From Ignicoccus islandicus DSM 13165 (lineage in GTDB: Archaea > Thermoproteota > Thermoprotei_A > Sulfolobales > Ignicoccaceae), in the NCBI RefSeq assembly GCF_001481685.1, contig NZ_CP006867.1, positions 60,001 through 92,000 on the forward strand: a stretch of 32,000 nt of DNA. The letters run 5' to 3'. Of the stretch, positions 27,208-32,000 are shown in pieces (position 1 is the first letter of the stretch; each line of letters begins with the position of its first letter). Made by a program: the position numbers and the translations under genes. Below the pieces are notes generated by a model. It did not search any database, had not been told where the DNA came from, and saw only the letters and a program-made list of their open reading frames with translations.

Positions 27208-27699
27208 TCATTGCATTTCGCGTACATGTATTAAGCACTTTTCGTCGTTCACTGAATCATCAATCTGTACTTGCCACTTTTTGTTAGTTAGAGTTTCCAA
27301 GATGCCTTTTATTATTCCAGCTTCGAACCTGCATTTCTTAAGTCCTTCTCCTTTATACCTTAACGAAGGCGGCCTTTCTATTATAACGTCAAAGTGATCG
27401 CCGTGTCTCTCTAGCTTAGTTATTCCGAATCCGCTCCTTGTTAAGTACTCGTCAATAGCTTCTATTATGTCGCCTTCTTCGTTGCTCTTCATCTGATGGC
27501 TTACTATTTCAGCTAACGTGCGGCCTATGCTTCTACCGATTTCCATTAAATGGACGTTTGCGGCTGTACCAACTATTTGATATAATCTATTTCCTATTTT
27601 GGTAATGGTAGACGCGGGTAATATTAGGTAGTCCTCCTCGCTACCTTCTATCCTTAGTATGCCGTTTTCATCTAACTTTATTGCATACGCTTCTTCCAT
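27208..27699 (-). CDS. Hypothetical protein, possibly V4R-like domain
   Basis: 163 aa. GRSIGRTLAEI...FEAGIIKGILETLTNKKWQVQI...EKCLIHV resembles V4R (4-vinyl reductase-like) ends. Confidence 0.5.
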   Translation of the reverse strand: MEEAYAIKLDENGILRIEGSEEDYLILPASTITKIGNRLYQIVGTAANVHLMEIGRSIGRTLAEIVSHQMKSNEEGDIIEAIDEYLTRSGFGITKLERHGDHFDVIIERPPSLRYKGEGLKKCRFEAGIIKGILETLTNKKWQVQIDDSVNDEKCLIHVREMQ

Positions 27700-27831
27700 T
27701 ACACTTCCCCGTAAGTAGCGACGTCATAATAGTTTAAAGATGAGGAGGGGTACTTTAAACACCTATTTAATAATCGAATATGAACTAATTATATTAGTTG
27801 ATAGAATCTAAAAGAAAATTTATAAATGATC

Positions 27832-28107
27832 TTAAAGTTGAATCTGAGATACTGTGAACTTATAGAGCTTCTTTAGACAATTAGCGCAAATGTAACCGCC
27901 GTACGGTCTTTCAGGTCTCTTTTCGGTCTTCGCCATTCCTCTTAATTCTACAGGTCTCGCCCTCGGAACGCCGTTTAGCGGCTTACCGCAGATGGCGCAC
28001 TTAGCTTGCGAAGGCTTCCTTTTTTCGAAATGAACTACAGTTCTTCCTCCCGGCGTCCTCTTGTACACTCTCCTTCTACTTCTAGACCTGTACGCGGGTC
28101 TGACCAT
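27832..28107 (-). CDS. rpl34e: 50S ribosomal protein L34e
   Basis: [52 protein letters not shown]. The track start at 28128 overextends by 7 aa. Confidence 0.95.
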   Translation of the reverse strand: MVRPAYRSRSRRRVYKRTPGGRTVVHFEKRKPSQAKCAICGKPLNGVPRARPVELRGMAKTEKRPERPYGGYICANCLKKLYKFTVSQIQL

Positions 28108-28141
28108 TCCTGAACACCCCGAGAGCAAGCCCCTTACTGTT

Positions 28142-28741
28142 TTAGATCTTTTCTATCGCTTCTACCACTTTCTTCGCGGCTTCCTCGACCGCCCCCTCCC
28201 TATTGTATACTACGTTAACAGCAGCGCCTACTAGAACTGCGGAAGCAATCGCGCTATTCCTAGCAAACTCCATGAATCTCCTTAGGAACTCTACATCGGA
28301 GTAATCTTTCCTGACCCTCCCGACGTCCTTCGCTTGCCTCGCAGCGATCTCTTCTGGGGAAGCTTCTATAACGAAAATAATTGCTGGATTGAGGCCCTCT
28401 ACTACGTGTTTGGGAAGGCCAGGCCACACGCCGGTGGGCGTGTTTATCGCTGCGTGCGTATCAACGATTAGAACTCCATCGTCACCTAGTTCCTTTTTCG
28501 CGTCTTCTACTATCGCCTTAGCCGCCAGTGCTTGCAACTCCCTTTGTTGGCTCAAGTTCAGCTTTCTCATCTCGTCTCTGTGCTCTACCCACCCTCTTTC
28601 CTTCGCCACTTTGAACATGTAATCACCGAAGTTGGATACCTTTACTTTGACTCCCTTTTCCTTGAGTATTTCAACCGCCTTGGTGGTAACGGTGGTCTTA
28701 CCTACGCCCGGAACACCGGTAGCAATTACGACCTTCAACAT
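28142..28741 (-). CDS. adkA: Archaeal-type adenylate kinase
   Basis: [25 protein letters not shown]-loop; between secY and rpl34e. Confidence 0.93.
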   Translation of the reverse strand: MLKVVIATGVPGVGKTTVTTKAVEILKEKGVKVKVSNFGDYMFKVAKERGWVEHRDEMRKLNLSQQRELQALAAKAIVEDAKKELGDDGVLIVDTHAAINTPTGVWPGLPKHVVEGLNPAIIFVIEASPEEIAARQAKDVGRVRKDYSDVEFLRRFMEFARNSAIASAVLVGAAVNVVYNREGAVEEAAKKVVEAIEKI

Positions 28742-28747
28742 GGGATC

Positions 28748-30193
28748 TCACTCCCCCAGAATCTTCCTTAGTAGCGGATAAGTCTCTATTGCTCTCTCGA
28801 AGCTCAACATTGTGTAGTACTGTACCAATATCATTGTTGCTAGCAGTAGACCGGTACCGGTTCCATACGCTCCGAAAATGTCTGCTACTATAACTAGTCC
28901 AGCTACTATTATACTCGAAAGTATGGTTAGTGGGTAAATGTACTTAGCTAGCACTCTCTCGAGGTGCCTCGGATCAGTTCTCGCACCTGGTATTTGCATT
29001 CCAGACTCTATTAAGTTCCTAGCTTGGGTCTTAGGATCTAGACCGGAGAGCTCTACCCATAGAATACCGAAGGCTATTGAGAGTAAGGTTAAGGCTACTG
29101 AGTATACTAACATCCTAAGGGGTTCGTGAATTACCATTAGGAGACCTCTCGGAGGCGAGAGGAAGTAGGCTAATTGCGCTAGTGGGCTATTTGGTGCGGA
29201 CTGAGCTATTGCTTGAACGTTCGCGAAAACTATTGCTGCAAGTAACACGGGTATGTTAGTTACGTAGAGCAAGTTAAGTGGAATCTTGGTCCTGAGACCC
29301 CTCATTCTATGCATTGCTACCGGTACGTTGACCTTCACTGAGCTGAGGTACGCTATTAAGATGATCATCGCTATTGTTGCTAAGAAACCGATCAAGTCTG
29401 GCATTGCGCCTATTTGGGTTCCAGGGACTTTGGGTAGGCCGAGCGGGTTGCCAATTATTACTTTATCTAACCCGACCATTAACGCAGAGGGGATTAAGCC
29501 GGCCCATATAACCTTACCGGCTTGTTCGAACCACCCACCTAGTTCCCACGCTATTCCGGAAATGACTCCAGCCGTTATGAACAAGCTTATACCGCTTCCT
29601 ATTCCCCAACCCTTTTGGACCATTTCGTCCATCATGATAATAATTACAGTGGACGCGGCGAGTAAGATGGCGTCCAAGAGCATTATTGGAAACGGGGGAG
29701 CGTTGCTTACGACGACTCCCCCCTGACCTACGGAATACCACAAGCTTCCAGATAGAACCAGACCGAATGCCTCCACTACTCCCAGCAAGACGGCGAAGCC
29801 CTTCTGTGCTAACGTGAACAGCTTCTTGTCCTCGGGGTCCGTTATATCAAGTTCAATCAACTTTGCGCCAGCGAGCAATTCCAGCACTAGACCAGCGGTA
29901 ACTATCGGTCCTATACCTAGTTGGGTCAATGTACCCGTGTTGGCGGCGAAGACTATGTTCATTAGTAGGACTTGAGGCGAAGTAACGACGTTAACGCCTA
30001 CGAGCGGTATATTACTCATGATCAAATAGGCTATTAGCACTAAAGCGGTCCAGAAGATCCTCTTGTATAGGTCGGGCTTCTTGGCTGGCCTTGGAGTAGA
30101 CGGTATATACGTTCCTATTGTCGCCAAAACGTCCAAGAACTTCTTACCCAAGTCCTCGTACAACTTTCGCATCCCACCATGTGGGAGGGACAA
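28748..30193 (-). CDS. secY: Preprotein translocase subunit SecY
   Basis: 10-TM protein. KRIFWTALVLIAYLIMSNIPLVGV, GSGISLFITAGV, RTDPRHLERVLAKYIYPLTILSSI. Confidence 0.96.
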   Translation of the reverse strand: MSLPHGGMRKLYEDLGKKFLDVLATIGTYIPSTPRPAKKPDLYKRIFWTALVLIAYLIMSNIPLVGVNVVTSPQVLLMNIVFAANTGTLTQLGIGPIVTAGLVLELLAGAKLIELDITDPEDKKLFTLAQKGFAVLLGVVEAFGLVLSGSLWYSVGQGGVVVSNAPPFPIMLLDAILLAASTVIIIMMDEMVQKGWGIGSGISLFITAGVISGIAWELGGWFEQAGKVIWAGLIPSALMVGLDKVIIGNPLGLPKVPGTQIGAMPDLIGFLATIAMIILIAYLSSVKVNVPVAMHRMRGLRTKIPLNLLYVTNIPVLLAAIVFANVQAIAQSAPNSPLAQLAYFLSPPRGLLMVIHEPLRMLVYSVALTLLSIAFGILWVELSGLDPKTQARNLIESGMQIPGARTDPRHLERVLAKYIYPLTILSSIIVAGLVIVADIFGAYGTGTGLLLATMILVQYYTMLSFERAIETYPLLRKILGE

Positions 30194-30462
30194 TTACTAA
30201 TAAAGGCCTCTTGAGGACCAGTATAATATTCCAGAGACATTTCGGATTCAGAAGCAATTGTATCTTCAAAGTAATATATCATAATTGTTCTATTAAATGA
30301 GATTTTATTGTAGGTCTTATATCTTTCACGTAATCTAGGCTCTAATCAATGGGATTTAAACGGTTCAGTATACGAAGCTTTTAATTCAAACTTCGTTATC
30401 TAAATATAGAATAAAGAGACTAAAACTTATTAAATAAAGCTCCGCGAAGCATTCCGGAAATT

Positions 30463-30550
30463 GCGGGGGTGCCCGAGCCTGGCCAAAGGGGGCGGGCTTA
30501 AGACCCGCTGGCGTAGGCCTGCGTGGGTTCAAATCCCACCCCCCGCACCA
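30463..30550 (+). tRNA. tRNA-Leu(UAA), no intron, CCA encoded at 30548-30550
   Basis: Acceptor GCGGGGG/CCCCCGC, anticodon arm GCGGG-CTTAAGA-CCCGC, long variable arm TGGCGTAGGCCTGC, T-arm GTGGG-TTCAAAT-CCCAC. Confidence 0.96.
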
Positions 30551-31619
30551 AGTACCTATCCCGCTTCTTTATCCTGTAATCCCCTAATACAGTATAAGCC
30601 TCCCTTAGTATAATGACCGAGACGTAGTTCATCACGTTCAACGGGAAGACGCGGCCGTGAAGAGCGTACGCAAACCTCAGCATTTTGCAGTATATTGGAT
30701 TGAGTTCGAGGGAATGTTCGTGTACGACGCCACTGCACTTTAGATATTTATCTAAATCGAACGTATTTATTGATAGTCTCTTCGAATATAGGCTAATTGC
30801 GCTCACGCCTAGTCCAACGAACTGATATCCCTTAGAGACGTATTCATCGTAGATCTTGTTCTGAGCCTTAGTAAAGGTCCACGCGTTAGTCATTACGTAG
30901 CCGTGACGCTTCATTACATTTACTATTTCGTTGTACAACTTCAACCTCTCTAGTTCGCTGCCTCGAGGTAGAGGGGGCATTAAGGGATACAAGGTTACTT
31001 GGGGGACCCCTAGTTTAGCTATTTGGGAGATTTCGCTCAATGGCGTATCTAAGTCCCATATGAAGTCTACATTCGCGATATCGTATCTCTTAGATAGCAG
31101 GACGTCTAAAGCCCTTAACGTCGTCTCCAAGTCAATGCCTCTACCTAGCTTCTTCAATCTATTTGGATCTAACGATTGAACTCCCATACTAACCCTAACG
31201 ACCTTTTTCTCATCTATATAGTCTAATGCATTAAGCTCCACTACGTCCAAGGGAGCCACTTCAACGGATATGGACGGCTTCCAAAGCTCCCATATCTCAT
31301 CTATTAGCTCTCCTAGTTCGTCTGGAAGGCAAGATGGCGAGCCACCGCCTACGTAGACCTCTATCACGTCCAAGTCCTTGGAATATACTTCCATTACGTC
31401 CTTCCTTAACTTCTCGAAGTACCTCTTAGCTACGTCCGTTTTGAAGGGGTACCTCACGAAGTGACAGAACTTGCATAACCTCCGGCAGAACGGGACGTGA
31501 AGGTATAGACCGATCTCTTCGTTGCTAACGCTTAACTGCCTTGGTGGAGAGCTCTCAAGCTTTTCTAGTAACATTGAGGTAATCGATCTAGACATTGCGG
31601 AGATTGCTTGCAGAATCAT
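30498..31619 (-). CDS. Radical SAM protein, HemN/HemW (coproporphyrinogen III oxidase-like) family
   Basis: YLHVPFCRRLCKFCHFV (CxxxCxxC), DVIEVYVGGGSPSCL, VVRVSMGVQSLDPNRLKKLGR. The 3' end runs through the antisense of tRNA-Leu. Confidence 0.85.
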   Translation of the reverse strand: MILQAISAMSRSITSMLLEKLESSPPRQLSVSNEEIGLYLHVPFCRRLCKFCHFVRYPFKTDVAKRYFEKLRKDVMEVYSKDLDVIEVYVGGGSPSCLPDELGELIDEIWELWKPSISVEVAPLDVVELNALDYIDEKKVVRVSMGVQSLDPNRLKKLGRGIDLETTLRALDVLLSKRYDIANVDFIWDLDTPLSEISQIAKLGVPQVTLYPLMPPLPRGSELERLKLYNEIVNVMKRHGYVMTNAWTFTKAQNKIYDEYVSKGYQFVGLGVSAISLYSKRLSINTFDLDKYLKCSGVVHEHSLELNPIYCKMLRFAYALHGRVFPLNVMNYVSVIILREAYTVLGDYRIKKRDRYLVRGVGFEPTQAYASGS

Positions 31620-31710
31620 CGATTAGACCAACTGAACGTTCAGTTAAGAGGTTAAATTCGTTGTAGAAATCATATAGACGTTTCCTCAGTAAGAAACGTA
31701 GGTGAACCGA

Positions 31711-32000
31711 ATGCCTTTCTTAAAGTTTGAGAGATTGGAAATACCGGATGTTATATTAATAGAACCTAAAGTGTTCCCGGATCACAGGGGCTTCTTTAAG
31801 GAAATATGGAAGCGAACGCCGTTTCTATCTAACGGCATTCCCTACGATTTCGTCCAAGCTAACGTTAGTTTGAGTAAGAAGTACGTGGTTAGAGGCCTAC
31901 ACTACCAATTGAAGCCTTCCGAAATGGGGAAGCTCGTGATGGTCTTGAAAGGTAAGGTTTTCGACGTTGCCGTTGATATAAGAAAGGGGTCTCCTTACTA
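31711..32000 (+). CDS. rfbC: dTDP-4-dehydrorhamnose 3,5-epimerase (partial, runs off window)
   Basis: MPFLKFERLEIPDVILIEPKVFPDHRGFFKEIW...QANVSLSKKYVVRGLHYQLKPSEMGKLVMVLKGKVFDVAVDIRKGSP. Confidence 0.93.
   Translation, partial: MPFLKFERLEIPDVILIEPKVFPDHRGFFKEIWKRTPFLSNGIPYDFVQANVSLSKKYVVRGLHYQLKPSEMGKLVMVLKGKVFDVAVDIRKGSPY

Noticed and set aside
28938-29741. Several short ORFs on both strands within secY
   Set aside because: Shadow frames of SecY, no independent support.
1-32000. CRISPR array, transposase, integrase, toxin-antitoxin or defence cluster
   Set aside because: No regularly spaced direct repeats and no such protein motifs were seen on either strand; tRNA-Leu at 30463 has no adjacent integrase.

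Overview
Gene-dense hyperthermophilic crenarchaeal chromosome segment; by inference Ignicoccus-like (Desulfurococcales), not proven. It carries a Co/Ni-type ECF/Cbi transporter operon, several genes of the 4-hydroxybutyrate part of a carbon-fixation cycle (4-hydroxybutyryl-CoA dehydratase, acetyl-CoA C-acetyltransferase, sucCD, an Fe-dependent alcohol dehydrogenase), rpl6, rpl34e, adkA, secY, rtcB, moeA, sfsA, CBS-domain proteins, a tandem PhoU/TrkA-C protein, and two tRNAs. tRNA-Pro(CGG) has a 39-nt intron at 32/33; tRNA-Leu(UAA) has no intron. I found no CRISPR array, transposon, defence island or clear new multi-gene system. The best leads are: (1) a PurF-like protein whose glutaminase catalytic Cys is Ala and whose glutaminase and PRPP-site motifs are also altered; (2) the non-canonical tRNA-Pro intron, with a mutually exclusive hairpin that would sequester the anticodon stem; (3) an orphan multi-cluster ferredoxin with an extra Cys-motif C-terminal domain; (4) a radical SAM ORF that ends inside an antisense tRNA-Leu gene; (5) a 108-bp antisense overlap between a membrane protein C-terminus and an acidic tail; (6) a palindrome at the cbiM promoter.
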